Source: an uncultured cyanobacterium (GTDB lineage Bacteria; Cyanobacteriota; Cyanobacteriia; Pseudanabaenales; Pseudanabaenaceae). From it: a DNA stretch of 64,000 nucleotides. The position numbers were made by a program, and so were the translations under genes. The first letter of the stretch is position 1. Every line of letters starts with the position of its first letter. The notes beneath the pieces are model-generated. The model saw only the letters and a program-made list of their open reading frames with translations. It had not been told where the DNA came from and searched no databases. Below are positions 41,670-52,893 of the stretch, piece by piece. The stretch covers positions 992,001-1,056,000 of the forward strand of contig OY969811.1 of the NCBI GenBank assembly GCA_963703315.1. The letters are read 5' to 3'.

Positions 41670-43814
41670 ATGGATGCCGTAACAAAAATCATCCCTTTTT
41701 ATGGCAGGGAAATTAAATTAAGAATTGGCACGTTTGCCCCTCAAGCTGGTGGCTCAGTATTAGTCCAGTGTGGGGAAACTGCAATCTTAGTGACAGCGAC
41801 CAGAGGTCCTGCTCGTGACGGTGTAGATTTTGTACCACTGCTTGTTGATTACGAAGAACGGTTATATGCAGCAGGACGTATCCCCGGTGGGTTCTTGCGT
41901 CGTGAAGGTCGTCCGCCCGAAAAGGCAACTCTCACTTGCCGTCTGATCGATCGCCCCATGCGTCCTTTGTTCCCCAATTGGTTGCGTGACGATGTGCAAA
42001 TTGTCGCGACCACGATGGCGATCGACGAAAAAGCCCCACCCGACGTTTTAGCGGTAACAGGGGCATCGATCGCTGCCTTAATTGCAGGGCTACCCTTTAT
42101 GGGACCAATGGCTGGCGTACGTGTCGGTTTAGTTGGTGATGAATTTATCATCAATCCCACTTACGCAGAAGTAGAAGCAGGTGATCTTGATCTAGTAGTT
42201 GCTGGTACTGCCGAGGGGATCATCATGGTAGAAGCTGGGGCTAATCAATTGCCAGAATCCGACATGATCGAAGCGATCGACTTTGGTTATGAAGCAGTAC
42301 TAGAACTGATCAAAGCCCAACATGATTTACTGCAAGAGATGGGTCTCGCATTACCTGAAATTATTGCTCCTGAAGCCGACCTCACTTTAGAAAACTTTAT
42401 TACTGACACAGTCAAAGATAAAGTTGCTCAAGTGGTTGCTAGTTGCGAGAAAGATCGCAATGTCCGCGATGCTGCCCTTGATGCGATCAAAGCTGAGCTT
42501 GTAGAGGCGATCGCGGCTTTACCTGATGAAGATCCTGTGAAGTTGGTAGCTGACAAAAAAGTGGTCAGCGCTACTTACAAAGAACTCACCAAAAAGCTGA
42601 TGCGCTTGCAGGTAATCGAGCAGAATGTGCGGATCGACGGACGCAAGCTCGACGAAGTGCGCCCGATCTGGACAGAAGTTGGTGTCTTACCGCGTGTGCA
42701 TGGTAGTGGCTTATTCAATCGGGGCTTGACTCAAGTATTGTCGATCGCTACCCTTGGTACTCCGGGGGATGCTCAAGAAATGGACGATCTGCATCCTGAT
42801 GCTAAGAAGCGCTATATGCACCACTACAACTTCCCACCCTATTCTGTGGGTGAAGCCAGACCAATGCGATCGCCTGGTCGCCGCGAAATTGGTCATGGAG
42901 CTTTAGCCGAACGCGCCCTTTTACCTGTACTACCTTCTAAAGCTGAATTTCCTTACATCCTGCGAGTTGTGTCAGAAGTTTTATCTTCTAATGGCTCGAC
43001 CTCAATGGGTTCTGTTTGCGGTTCAACCCTTGCGCTGATGGATGCAGGTGTGCCGATTACCAAGCCCGTAAGCGGTGTGGCGATGGGTCTGATCAAAGAA
43101 GGCGATGAAGTTCGCATTCTTACCGATATTCAAGGTATTGAAGACTTCCTTGGCGACATGGACTTTAAGGTGGCAGGTACAGACACAGGCATTACCGCTT
43201 TGCAAATGGACATGAAGATCACCAGTATCTCTATGGACACAGTGCGATCGGCAGTCACCCAAGCCAAAACTGGTCGCTCCCACATTATGGAAAAAATGTT
43301 GGAATTGCTCCCTGCACCAAGACCACAGCTTTCGCCCTATGCACCACGCTTGCTAACGATTCGGATCGATCCTGAACAAATCGGCATGATCATTGGACCT
43401 GGTGGTAAAAACATCAAGGGCATCACTGAAGAGACAGGAGCCAAGATCGACATCGAAGACGATGGCACGGTCATGATTTCGTCGATGAGTGGTGAAGGTG
43501 CGCTCAAAGCCAAGCGCATCATCGAAAACATGACTCGTCGTGTCGGTTCTGGTGATGTTTATCTCGGTAAGGTCACCCGCATTATTCCGATTGGTGCATT
43601 TGTCGAGTTCCTACCTGGTAAGGAAGGAATGGTACATATTTCTCAGTTGGCAGAAGGTCGTGTCGGCAAGGTCGAAGATGAAGTTGCTGTTGGCGATGAA
43701 GTCTTAGTGAAAATTCGTGAAGTTGACAATCGCGGACGCTTTAACCTGACTCGTCTCGGTATTCACCCCGATGAAGCTACTGCGGCTCGTGCGGCGGCGG
43801 CGGCTAACGTCTAA
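41670..43814 (+). CDS. pnp: Polyribonucleotide nucleotidyltransferase
   Basis: [23 protein letters not shown] and S1 domains. Confidence 0.98.
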   Translation: MDAVTKIIPFYGREIKLRIGTFAPQAGGSVLVQCGETAILVTATRGPARDGVDFVPLLVDYEERLYAAGRIPGGFLRREGRPPEKATLTCRLIDRPMRPLFPNWLRDDVQIVATTMAIDEKAPPDVLAVTGASIAALIAGLPFMGPMAGVRVGLVGDEFIINPTYAEVEAGDLDLVVAGTAEGIIMVEAGANQLPESDMIEAIDFGYEAVLELIKAQHDLLQEMGLALPEIIAPEADLTLENFITDTVKDKVAQVVASCEKDRNVRDAALDAIKAELVEAIAALPDEDPVKLVADKKVVSATYKELTKKLMRLQVIEQNVRIDGRKLDEVRPIWTEVGVLPRVHGSGLFNRGLTQVLSIATLGTPGDAQEMDDLHPDAKKRYMHHYNFPPYSVGEARPMRSPGRREIGHGALAERALLPVLPSKAEFPYILRVVSEVLSSNGSTSMGSVCGSTLALMDAGVPITKPVSGVAMGLIKEGDEVRILTDIQGIEDFLGDMDFKVAGTDTGITALQMDMKITSISMDTVRSAVTQAKTGRSHIMEKMLELLPAPRPQLSPYAPRLLTIRIDPEQIGMIIGPGGKNIKGITEETGAKIDIEDDGTVMISSMSGEGALKAKRIIENMTRRVGSGDVYLGKVTRIIPIGAFVEFLPGKEGMVHISQLAEGRVGKVEDEVAVGDEVLVKIREVDNRGRFNLTRLGIHPDEATAARAAAAANV

Positions 43815-43846
43815 AAAAGTAGGGGCAATTTAAGATCGCTAGATGT

Positions 43847-43896
43847 AAAAAAGCGATCGCCTATTCATCAAAAGATGAATAGGCGATCGCTTTTTT
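43847..43896. terminator. Bidirectional terminator with a HIP1 site in each arm
   Basis: AAAAAAGCGATCGCCTATTCATC-AAAA-GATGAATAGGCGATCGCTTTTTT between convergent pnp and ndhF. Confidence 0.8.
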
Positions 43897-43922
43897 TGGT
43901 TATTCAAAAGTTAAGTCAGAGA

Positions 43923-45935
43923 CTAAATCGAACTCACGATTACAAAACCGAGAACACCAATAAAAATGACGAGAGCATAGAATTGCGCTTTGCCATTTTC
44001 AAAGTACTTTAAGCCTTCGCCACTAACAACAGTCACAAAACCAGCAAGGTTAACTACGCCATCGACGATTTTGGCATCAACTTCTAACACTTGACGGGCT
44101 AGGCGGCGGGAACCAATTACAAAGATCGCTTCGTAAATTTCGTCAATGTACCATTTGTTCTTCGATAGCTTGTAGAGAGGTTGAATGGATTTGGCGATCG
44201 CACTGGGATCGATTTTCTTTTGCATATACATCAAAATTGCTAGAGAAATCCCAATCAAACCAATACCAATCGAACTTCCACCCATTAATAGAAACTCAGG
44301 AGTGAAGCCTTCAACAGGTACTTCGGTAATTTTCTCCGAAGGGGCATGGATAAAGTACTCGAAGTAATTACCCAAGGGCGTACCAACCAGACCAACTAGC
44401 ATCGAAGGAATCGCCAATGCCATTAACGGGAAGGTCATTGTAATAGGCGACTCATGGGGCTTGCTAGCATGATGATGTCCATGACCATCATCTTTTGCTT
44501 GTTCCTTACCAACAGAGTTTTCTGCCTTGACTGCGGCAACTAGCTTCTTGTCCGTACCGCGAAAATCACCTTCAAAAGTGGTGAAGTACATACGGAACAT
44601 ATAGAAAGCCGTGATCCCCGCCGTCGCAAAGCCGATCGCCCAAAGTGCAGGATTAGCTTTGAAAGTAGAAGCGAGAATTTCATCCTTTGACCAGAAACCA
44701 GCAAAGGGAGGAATCCCACTAATTGCAAGAGTACCAATAAAGAAAGTAATCGCGGTGATGGGCATATATTTGCGTAAGCCACCCATTACTCGCATATCTT
44801 GAGCCACATCGGGATCATGTCCGACGACTTCTTCCATGCCATGAATTACGGAGCCAGAACCGAGAAACATCATCGCCTTGAAATAGGCGTGGGTCATCAG
44901 GTGAAATAGACCTGCGCTGTAAGCACCAACACCCATCCCCATGACCATGTAACCCAGTTGGGAGACGGTGGAATATGCCAAGCCTTTTTTGATGTCGTTT
45001 TGGGTGATAGCAATACTTGCCCCCAGAAATGCGGTAAATGCACCTGTCCAAGCGATCGTATTCATCACCGCCGGGATTTCTTCAAATACAGGGAACATCC
45101 GTGCAATTAGGAATACACCCGCCGCCACCATTGTCGCTGCATGGATCAATGCCGAAATTGGTGTAGGACCTTCCATTGCATCAGGTAGCCAGACATGGAG
45201 CGGGAACTGGGCAGATTTAGCCGCAGGTCCCATGAAGACGAGGATCGCAAATAAGGTGGCGAGTCCAACGCTTAATCCACCCGATTCTACTAATTGGGTG
45301 AGCTTTTCTCCCATTTCTGTGAACTCAAACGTACCCGTAGCCCAATACAAACCAAGTAAGCCGAGTAATAGACCGAAGTCACCAACGCGGTTAGTCACAA
45401 ATGCTTTTTGGCACGCATCGGCAGCTCCTTTGCGATCGAACCAAAAGCCAATCAGCAAGTAGGAACACATCCCCACGAGTTCCCAGAAGATATAAATCTG
45501 CACCAAGTTAGGACTAATGACTAATCCCAACATGGAGGAGGTGAATAAGCTTAGGTAAGCATAGAATCTGACATAGCTGGGATCATGCGCCATGTAGCCA
45601 TCAGTGTAAATCTGCACCAAGAAAGCAACGGTGGTGACGATGACGAGCATGAGTGAAGTGAGGTGATCAATCACAAATCCCATGTTCAAATGAAAGCTAC
45701 CTGCTTGCGCCCACTCAAAGGTATACAGATAAGGCTCATGTCCTTGAATCTGACTCCAGAGTAGGTTGAAAGCAATGACTGCTGCGCCGCCTGTGGCGGA
45801 TACGCTGAGGATAGACCAGAGCGATCGCAGTTTGTTGGTTGATTCATTAAAGGAAATCAGTCCTGTGCCGATAATCAGTGCTGCGGCGAGTGGCAGCAAG
45901 GGAATCAGCCATGCGTATTGATATGCAAAGTCCAT
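43923..45935 (-). CDS. ndhF: NAD(P)H-quinone oxidoreductase subunit F (NdhF1 type)
   Basis: YQYAWLIP, AKSAQFPLHVWLPDAMEGPTPISALIHAATMV, GFWSKDEI. Confidence 0.97.
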   Translation of the reverse strand: MDFAYQYAWLIPLLPLAAALIIGTGLISFNESTNKLRSLWSILSVSATGGAAVIAFNLLWSQIQGHEPYLYTFEWAQAGSFHLNMGFVIDHLTSLMLVIVTTVAFLVQIYTDGYMAHDPSYVRFYAYLSLFTSSMLGLVISPNLVQIYIFWELVGMCSYLLIGFWFDRKGAADACQKAFVTNRVGDFGLLLGLLGLYWATGTFEFTEMGEKLTQLVESGGLSVGLATLFAILVFMGPAAKSAQFPLHVWLPDAMEGPTPISALIHAATMVAAGVFLIARMFPVFEEIPAVMNTIAWTGAFTAFLGASIAITQNDIKKGLAYSTVSQLGYMVMGMGVGAYSAGLFHLMTHAYFKAMMFLGSGSVIHGMEEVVGHDPDVAQDMRVMGGLRKYMPITAITFFIGTLAISGIPPFAGFWSKDEILASTFKANPALWAIGFATAGITAFYMFRMYFTTFEGDFRGTDKKLVAAVKAENSVGKEQAKDDGHGHHHASKPHESPITMTFPLMALAIPSMLVGLVGTPLGNYFEYFIHAPSEKITEVPVEGFTPEFLLMGGSSIGIGLIGISLAILMYMQKKIDPSAIAKSIQPLYKLSKNKWYIDEIYEAIFVIGSRRLARQVLEVDAKIVDGVVNLAGFVTVVSGEGLKYFENGKAQFYALVIFIGVLGFVIVSSI

Positions 45936-46040
45936 AGGTCGCGTTTGAACGCAAAGTTTATTGTAGAGACACTTTTAATAAGTTAGTTTACTACAGTCAG
46001 ATCAAGCACGATGTGTTAACCATGAGCATTGTTACTTATT

Positions 46041-46143
46041 TGTAGCTGTTGCTATTTGCATTAAGCCCAATAAGCAAGTGGCGGCGCAAAGCGCCACCAC
46101 TCGCTTATTGGGTTTTGAGATAACCAGACTGGTGACGGCTATA
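46041..46143. repeat. MITE-like element (TATAGCTGTCGCCA family)
   Basis: TGTAGCTGTTGCTA...TGGTGACGGCTATA ends with a GGCGC-AAA-GCGCC central hairpin. Confidence 0.65.
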
Positions 46144-46304
46144 AGACAAAAATTTAGAAAAGTTTAAGTTTTATCCCCAATCCGATTTAAACAGATTGCA
46201 AACAAGATATAGCAAAACTTTTTTGCTTAGGACAAAAAACCAGAAGAGAGTGGCGGCGCAAAGCGCCGCCACTCTCTTCTGGTTTTTTAGTTTGTTATGT
46301 AAAC

Positions 46305-46339
46305 AAAAAGGAATTTCTGCAAAGCAGAAATTCCTTTTT
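46305..46339 (-). terminator. Intrinsic terminator of tRNA-Ser
   Basis: AAAAAGGAATTTCTGC-AAA-GCAGAAATTCCTTTTT just downstream of the tRNA 3' end. Confidence 0.75.
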
Positions 46340-46346
46340 GTGGTTA

Positions 46347-46433
46347 CGGAGAGAGGGAGATTCGAACTCCCGTTAGGTGTGACCCTAAATCTGATTTCGA
46401 GTCAGACGCATTCAACCACTCTGCCATCTCTCC
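46347..46433 (-). tRNA. tRNA-Ser(CGA)
   Basis: GGAGAGATGGCAGAGTGG...TCTGA-CT-CGA-AA-TCAGA, long variable arm, GTTCGAATC, TCTCTCC-G; CCA not encoded. Confidence 0.95.
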
Positions 46434-46551
46434 AATATGTTGCTAATATGTTGTTTCAGCGTCTTTGATGAGCAAAGCAGTTGTTATAATATCACAGCGT
46501 GCGTTTTTTTGAGATCCTAAAATTGGCAGTACCACTTGTCGTAACAGAACT

Positions 46552-48081
46552 ATGCAAGATTTTAATTGGAAAAAGCTCCAGAATGGCTCAGATATTCGTG
46601 GTGTGGCGATCGCAGGAGTCCCTGATGAACCTGTAAACTTAACTCCTGCTGTTGCCAAGATTTTAGGACAAGCCTTTGCCAATTGGCTATCTCAGAAATT
46701 AGATAAACAGACCTCCGACTTATTGATTTCCGTTGGGCGCGATAGTCGGCTATCGGGATCAGAATTAATGCAAGCGGTGATCACAGGTATTAATTCTCTC
46801 GGTAGTCAAGTGGATGACTTTGCGATCGCTTCTACTCCTGCGATGTTTATGAGTACAGTGACGGAAGGTTTTAACTGTGATGGTGCAATCATGCTCACTG
46901 CCAGTCATTTACCCTTTAATCGCAATGGTCTTAAGTTTTTCACGGCTCAAGGTGGTTTAGAAAAAAAAGATATCAGCGATATTTTGGCACTTGCGGAAAA
47001 GAATGAATTTGAGCTTGCCACTTCTCAAGGAAAGATCACTAATCATGATTTTATTTCTGTTTATGCCCAGCAATTTGTGACTAAAATTCGCGAAGCTGTC
47101 AATCATCCAGAACATTATGAACAGCCTCTCAAGGGTTTGAAAATCATTGTGGATGCGGGTAACGGTGCGGGTGGCTTTTATGCAGATAAAGTTTTACAGC
47201 CTTTAGGAGCCGATATTGCGGGAAGTCAATTTCTCGATCCCGATGGTACATTTCCCAATCATGTTCCCAATCCTGAAGATAAAGTCGCGATGGCTTCCAT
47301 TTGTGAGGCAGTAATTAAGCATCAAGCCGATTTTGGAATTATTTTTGATACCGATGTCGATCGCAGTGCGGCAGTCGATCAATTTGGCAAAGAACTCAAC
47401 CGTAATCGTTTAATTGCCTTGATTTCGGCGATTGTGCTGCAAGAGCATCCTAAGTCAACTATTGTCACCGATTCCATTACCTCTGATGGACTGACTAAAT
47501 TTATTGAGCAGGATTTGCAAGGGGTACATCATCGGTTTAAGCGTGGTTACAAGAATGTGATTAATGAGTCGATGCGTCTGAATCAACTAGGTCAAGAGTC
47601 TTGGTTAGCGATCGAGACTTCTGGACATGGTGCAATGAAGGAAAATTATTTTCTGGATGATGGTGCTTACTTGGTCAGCAAACTCTTGATTGAATTGGCA
47701 AAATCAAAACTTGCTGGCAAGTCTCTCACGGAACTAATTGCCAATTTACAAGAACCGATTGAGAGCGAAGAGTTTCGCATTAAGCTGAATGTGGAAGATT
47801 TTAGAGCATTAGGCGATCGCGTAATTACCCAGTTACAGGAATTCGCTAATACCCAACCAGACTGGAAAATTGCGTCTAACAACTATGAAGGTATTCGTGT
47901 TTCCTGTACTGCTAATGATGAAAATGGCTGGTTTCTGTTGCGCCTCTCATTGCATGATCCCGTTATGCCTTTAAATATTGAGTCCAATAGTAAAGATGGC
48001 GTGGTGCAAATTGCCAAGCGATTGCGCTCTTTCTTCCAATCACTTGATTCTCTCGATTCCCTTGATATTACTTCTCTATAA
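46552..48081 (+). CDS. Phosphomannomutase/phosphoglucomutase
   Basis: DIRG, TASH, DTDVDR, IETSGH. Confidence 0.93.
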   Translation: MQDFNWKKLQNGSDIRGVAIAGVPDEPVNLTPAVAKILGQAFANWLSQKLDKQTSDLLISVGRDSRLSGSELMQAVITGINSLGSQVDDFAIASTPAMFMSTVTEGFNCDGAIMLTASHLPFNRNGLKFFTAQGGLEKKDISDILALAEKNEFELATSQGKITNHDFISVYAQQFVTKIREAVNHPEHYEQPLKGLKIIVDAGNGAGGFYADKVLQPLGADIAGSQFLDPDGTFPNHVPNPEDKVAMASICEAVIKHQADFGIIFDTDVDRSAAVDQFGKELNRNRLIALISAIVLQEHPKSTIVTDSITSDGLTKFIEQDLQGVHHRFKRGYKNVINESMRLNQLGQESWLAIETSGHGAMKENYFLDDGAYLVSKLLIELAKSKLAGKSLTELIANLQEPIESEEFRIKLNVEDFRALGDRVITQLQEFANTQPDWKIASNNYEGIRVSCTANDENGWFLLRLSLHDPVMPLNIESNSKDGVVQIAKRLRSFFQSLDSLDSLDITSL

Positions 48082-48099
48082 CATCTGATGTTACGTGAA

Positions 48100-48200
48100 A
48101 CCCTCACCCCCCAGCCCCCTCTCCCATTAAGGGAGAGGAGGAGTAAGACTAATTTCTTGTTCCCCTCTCCTCCTTTGGGAGAGGGGCTAGGGGTGAGGGT
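48100..48200. repeat. REP-like element of the CCCTCACCCCCAGCCCCTCTCCC family
   Basis: Full inverted pair; related copies at 17919-17962 and 50863-50897. Confidence 0.8.
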
Positions 48201-48237
48201 CTTGAGAACTTCCACAGTCCTATACAATTTGGAACCT

Positions 48238-48921
48238 ATGCGAATTCTATTGGTAGATGATGAAGAAGAATTGGCAGAACCTTTGCAACGGGTTTTGACT
48301 AATCAAGGGTATGTGGTGGATAGTGCTAATAGTGGCGATCGCGGTTGGGAATTGGCTCAGACTGGTGAATACGACCTGCTAATTTTAGATTGGATGATGC
48401 CTATAAAATCGGGAGTGGAAATCTGTCATGGCTTGCGTCAACAGGGAGATAGTACCCCCGTGCTGATTCTCACCGCTAAAGACACCCTCGACGATCGCGT
48501 GACAGGTTTAGATAGCGGAGCCGATGATTATCTGGTAAAACCCTTTGAACTGCGGGAGTTATTAGCCAGAGTCAGAGCTTTATTGCGCCGCGCCCCTGTC
48601 CCGATTGTGGCAACTAGTGAACCTTCCAAATTAAGCTATGGAGATTTAGAACTTGATCGTGATAATCAGTTGGTTTATCGTGATCAAGTAGCGATCGCCT
48701 TAACTGAGAGAGAATATCAACTCTTAGAATATTTCCTACTCCATCCTAATCAGTTGCTAAGTCATGAGCAGATTTCGCAATATATATGGAAAGAAGGTGA
48801 AGACTTGCCCACTAGTAACGCCTTAGCTGCCCAAATCAAATTATTACGCCGTAAAATTGATCGCGATCGGCAGATTTCTCTGATTAATACAGTTTACGGA
48901 AAGGGCTATCGTTTTGGCTAA
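48238..48921 (+). CDS. OmpR-family response regulator (RppA-like)
   Basis: MRILLVDDE, ILDWMMP, GADDYLVKPF, TVYGKGY. True start is ATG 48238; the ORF-track extension is REP-derived. Confidence 0.9.
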   Translation: MRILLVDDEEELAEPLQRVLTNQGYVVDSANSGDRGWELAQTGEYDLLILDWMMPIKSGVEICHGLRQQGDSTPVLILTAKDTLDDRVTGLDSGADDYLVKPFELRELLARVRALLRRAPVPIVATSEPSKLSYGDLELDRDNQLVYRDQVAIALTEREYQLLEYFLLHPNQLLSHEQISQYIWKEGEDLPTSNALAAQIKLLRRKIDRDRQISLINTVYGKGYRFG

Positions 48922-48977
48922 AAGCCAGACATGGCAAGGCTCAGCCTCGCCATGTCTGGCTTTTCTATCTGGCTTTT

Positions 48978-51824
48978 CTATTTTGCTTCCATCCAGTTTT
49001 TACCCGTATGAATATCTACTTCTAATTTTACCGAAAGCTCCATTGCTGATTCCATTGCTGCTTTAATTTTGGGCTGGAGTTCAGCAACCTCATCGGGTGG
49101 CACTTCAAATACCAGTTCATCATGGACTTGTAGTAGTAAACGGGCTTGATAGTCTTGTAAAAGCTCATGGACGCGCAACATTGCCAATTTCACAATATCG
49201 GCACTAGTTCCTTGAATTGGCGCATTTACCGCCGATCGCAACAGAGCCGCCTTTTGATAACCACCAATCTGACTAAGCCCACGAAAATAGCGCCGTCTTC
49301 CTAAAACCGTCTGCACATAGCCATCCCGTTCTGCTTCCGCTTCCACACTTTGCATATAAGTAAAAATTCGTTCATAGCGCTGGTTGAACTTCTCAATAAA
49401 TTGCTTGGCGACTTTTACTGGCACACCAATATCGCGACTAAATTTCTGCGCTCCCATGCCATAGATCACTCCGTAGTTAATAATTTTGGCTAAGCGACGT
49501 TCATCACTAGTGACTTCCTCTTTCTCTAAAAGTAATTGTGCTGTAACCCTATGCACATCTTCACCTGCATTAAAGGCTCTCATTAATTCAGGTTCTTGAC
49601 TCAAATGGGCAAGAATCCGTAGTTCTATTTGCGAATAGTCGGCAGCCATTAATATCCAATTCTCTTTCGGCAAAAATCCTGCTCTGATCCGCTTACTAAA
49701 AGCAGTACGAATCGGAATATTTTGCAAGTTAGGATTAGAGCTACTTAAACGTCCTGTTGAGGCAACAGTTTGATTGAAATCGGTATGTACACGCCCAGTC
49801 TTCGGCTGAATCAACGATGGCAAAGCATCGACATAAGTAGATTTAAGCTTAGCAAGGGTGCGATTTTCGAGAATGGTGTCAATTAAAGGATCTTCACCTT
49901 CTAATTTATTGAGAACCGTGACATCAGTGGAATAGCCTGTCTTACTTTTACGCGATTTCTTAGTAAATGTTTCGCCGAGCTTATCTACTAAAATTTCGCT
50001 TAACTGCTTAGGTGAATTAAGGTTAAACTCTTTTCCTGCTTGTTGATAGGCAGCGATCGCTAAAGCATCTAAATCCTTTTCTAATTCCTGCGAGAAGATA
50101 CCCAAATATTCTTTATCAATTCTAATACCTCGCCATTCCATTTCTGCAAGAATTGGTTCGAGCGCCATTTCCAAATTTTGGAATAAATCCCACAGTTCAG
50201 GCACAGCTTGTAACTGCTCTTGCAAAATCGGTCTAATCCGATAGGTGATATAGGTATCCATCCCGCAATATTGCGCCACCGATGGGATATCAACTTCAGC
50301 GATCGATTTGCGTTTACCGACGAGAGTTTTATAACTAACCGTGCGAATTTGGAGCAAGTCCATTGCCAGATCATCCAGTTTATGACTAGCTTCAGGATCA
50401 ATTACATAACTTGCAATCATCGTGTCGAAGATTACTCCAGCCAATTCAATACCTGCTGCTTTGAACATCAAGCGATCGAACTTAGCATTCTGTAAGTATT
50501 TGGGATAGCTTGCATCTTCAAGAATCGGTTTGAGAATCGCTCTTACTTCTTCCCATTGGAGATTTTGTCCTGCATTATGATGTAAAGGAATATAGGCAAC
50601 CTCACTAATCGCATCTCCCCAACAGCAGCCAATACCAACTAAGTCAGCTTCAAAGGGATTCAGTGCTGAAGTCTCTGTATCCCATGCTGTCGGTTGTTTA
50701 CTGCTGAGAGTTTCACATAGCTTTTCTAATTTAGGAATTGTGTCAATAATCTGCACATCTAATTTGAGCGAAGCAGAAGCAGCGATCGCCTGATCGTTTT
50801 CCTGCTTCGCAAAATCAAACCACAACTCCTCATCTTCCCCGTTCTGAGATGATATCTTGCTGCCCTCGCCATTAGGGAGAGGGGCTGGGGGTGAGGGCTT
50901 CTGCTCGTAATTCCCCGACAACTTTGCTTGAATCTGATCAACCCGATTCACAAAGGCTTTAAGCTCAAGCTCTTCTAATAAAGGAATTAACTCGGATGTA
51001 TCAAAACCTGTCAATTTGCAATCAGCGATCGCGACAGGAAGTGGCACATCGGTTTTGATTTTCGCCATAAATTGCGAATGTTTAGCCGCCTCAATCCCTT
51101 GCTCTAACTTAGTTTTAATTGCTCCCTTCATCTTGGGAATAGCTGCCAAGACATTCTCTAAACTGCCGTACTCTTCAATTAATTTAATCGCAGTTTTTTC
51201 GCCAATCCCCCGTACTCCAGCAATGTTATCAGAAGCATCACCACAGAGTGCTTTATAGTCTACAACCTGAGTAGGTAAGACTCCTAGACGTTCTTTTACT
51301 TGATCAGCATGGTATTCTACAATCTTATCTTTCTGCCCTAAGTTCAAAACAGAAATCCGCTTTTCGGCATCAATTAACTGAAATAAATCGCGATCGCCAC
51401 TTAAAATCTTGACAGTATAACCTTCCGCACTCGCTGCTTGTGATAGCGTTCCCAACACATCATCTGCCTCAAAACCTGCTTGGGTAATCGCGGGCAAATT
51501 CATCGCGGCTAAAACTTTCTGTAAGTTCTGCATATCGGGAATAAAACTTTCAGGAGTTTCCGCACGATTTGCCTTGTAAGTATCGTCAATCTCATGGCGA
51601 AATGTCGGTGTCGCAAGGTCAAAAGCGATCGCTACAGCCGCAGGTTTTTCGCGATCGAGCATCTCAATTAACGCTTTCAAAAAGCCAAAACAAATACTCG
51701 TGGGAATTCCTGTCGAGGTTCGCAAGCCACCTTCAGGATGTTTTCCAAAGGCATAGAAGGCTCGGAATGCGAGGGAATGTCCATCAACGAGTAAAAATGT
51801 GGGGTGAGTTTGTGCGCTTGACAT
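48978..51824 (-). CDS. polA: DNA polymerase I
   Basis: 5'-3' exonuclease (LVDGHS, EADD), 3'-5' exonuclease (DTET), ADYSQIELR, LLQVHDEL. Confidence 0.98.
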   Translation of the reverse strand: MSSAQTHPTFLLVDGHSLAFRAFYAFGKHPEGGLRTSTGIPTSICFGFLKALIEMLDREKPAAVAIAFDLATPTFRHEIDDTYKANRAETPESFIPDMQNLQKVLAAMNLPAITQAGFEADDVLGTLSQAASAEGYTVKILSGDRDLFQLIDAEKRISVLNLGQKDKIVEYHADQVKERLGVLPTQVVDYKALCGDASDNIAGVRGIGEKTAIKLIEEYGSLENVLAAIPKMKGAIKTKLEQGIEAAKHSQFMAKIKTDVPLPVAIADCKLTGFDTSELIPLLEELELKAFVNRVDQIQAKLSGNYEQKPSPPAPLPNGEGSKISSQNGEDEELWFDFAKQENDQAIAASASLKLDVQIIDTIPKLEKLCETLSSKQPTAWDTETSALNPFEADLVGIGCCWGDAISEVAYIPLHHNAGQNLQWEEVRAILKPILEDASYPKYLQNAKFDRLMFKAAGIELAGVIFDTMIASYVIDPEASHKLDDLAMDLLQIRTVSYKTLVGKRKSIAEVDIPSVAQYCGMDTYITYRIRPILQEQLQAVPELWDLFQNLEMALEPILAEMEWRGIRIDKEYLGIFSQELEKDLDALAIAAYQQAGKEFNLNSPKQLSEILVDKLGETFTKKSRKSKTGYSTDVTVLNKLEGEDPLIDTILENRTLAKLKSTYVDALPSLIQPKTGRVHTDFNQTVASTGRLSSSNPNLQNIPIRTAFSKRIRAGFLPKENWILMAADYSQIELRILAHLSQEPELMRAFNAGEDVHRVTAQLLLEKEEVTSDERRLAKIINYGVIYGMGAQKFSRDIGVPVKVAKQFIEKFNQRYERIFTYMQSVEAEAERDGYVQTVLGRRRYFRGLSQIGGYQKAALLRSAVNAPIQGTSADIVKLAMLRVHELLQDYQARLLLQVHDELVFEVPPDEVAELQPKIKAAMESAMELSVKLEVDIHTGKNWMEAK

Positions 51825-51975
51825 GATGCTTGGTTGAGATTTTTAAGATTTGGCGCGATCGCTAGCTTTAGGTTAACCGATTGCTGATTATAGAGTAAAT
51901 CTAGATACTTGCATTTAGCCCAAAAGCTGACAATAATGTGATAGTCTGCAATTTCCAGCATTATGATCGATCCTT

Positions 51976-52890
51976 ATGCAGCCTAATGTAAAACTACAAC
52001 GACAAAAACTAGGTCAGAAATTTTCTTGGACTCCATATTTATTTCTACTGCCAGCGATCGCCTTTTTATTATTAACTTCATTCTTACCAGTATTCCAAGC
52101 TATATATTTAAGTTTTACTAATTATGATTTTGTCGGTAGTCCTACTTTTATTGGCTGGAAAAATTATCTAACTCTTTGGAAAGATCAAACTTTTTGGAAA
52201 ACATTAAGTAACACTTTAGTCTATTTAATATTTGCAGTTCCGAGTCTCGTAATTTTGCCCCTAGCTTTAGCGATATTAGTCAATCAAAAACTACGCAGCA
52301 TTAAATTTTTTCGAGCCGTTTATTATTTTCCAGTTATTGTTTCTGTTGTCGTTGCTGGGATTGCTTGGAAATGGGTTTATGCCCAAAATGGTATCTTAAA
52401 TTATTTTCTATCAACGATCTCATTTCAAGATATTAAAATCCCTTGGTTAACTGATCCGAAAACAGCTATTTTTGCGATTATTGCGGTAGTGATTTGGCGT
52501 GGTGTTGGCTACTATATGGTGATCTATCTGGCTGGTTTACAGGCTATCCCCGCAGATTTATATGAGGCGGCAGCGATCGATGGTTCGGATGGTTGGCAAA
52601 AGCATTTAGATATTACGATCCCATTAATGAAGCCTTACATTATTCTCGTAGCCGTAATTTCTTCGATTGGCGCAATGAAAATATTTGAAGAAGTTTATAT
52701 CATGTCTCAGGGAGGACCAGCGAATAGTACCAAAACTGTTGTTTACTATTTATATGACAAAGGTTTTACGAGTTTAGAGATGGGATATGCTTCGGCGATT
52801 GGAGTGTTTTTATTTCTGATTATCTTTATTATTTCAATTCTGACTTTTAAATTTATTAATCCCGCACAAACTATTGATCAAACCAATTAG
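51976..52890 (+). CDS. Carbohydrate ABC transporter permease
   Basis: YLAGLQAIP..LYEAAAIDG EAA motif; about six TM helices. Confidence 0.92.
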   Translation: MQPNVKLQRQKLGQKFSWTPYLFLLPAIAFLLLTSFLPVFQAIYLSFTNYDFVGSPTFIGWKNYLTLWKDQTFWKTLSNTLVYLIFAVPSLVILPLALAILVNQKLRSIKFFRAVYYFPVIVSVVVAGIAWKWVYAQNGILNYFLSTISFQDIKIPWLTDPKTAIFAIIAVVIWRGVGYYMVIYLAGLQAIPADLYEAAAIDGSDGWQKHLDITIPLMKPYIILVAVISSIGAMKIFEEVYIMSQGGPANSTKTVVYYLYDKGFTSLEMGYASAIGVFLFLIIFIISILTFKFINPAQTIDQTN

Positions 52891-52893
52891 TCT

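Noticed and set aside
46347..46433. tRNA-Ser as an island integration site
   Set aside because: No integrase and no duplicated tRNA 3' end found; a normal terminator follows.
46196..46468. 90-aa ORF
   Set aside because: Overlaps a palindromic repeat and the antisense strand of tRNA-Ser.
47883..48237. 114-aa minus ORF and the N-terminal extension of the response regulator
   Set aside because: Both come from reading through the REP element at 48100-48200.
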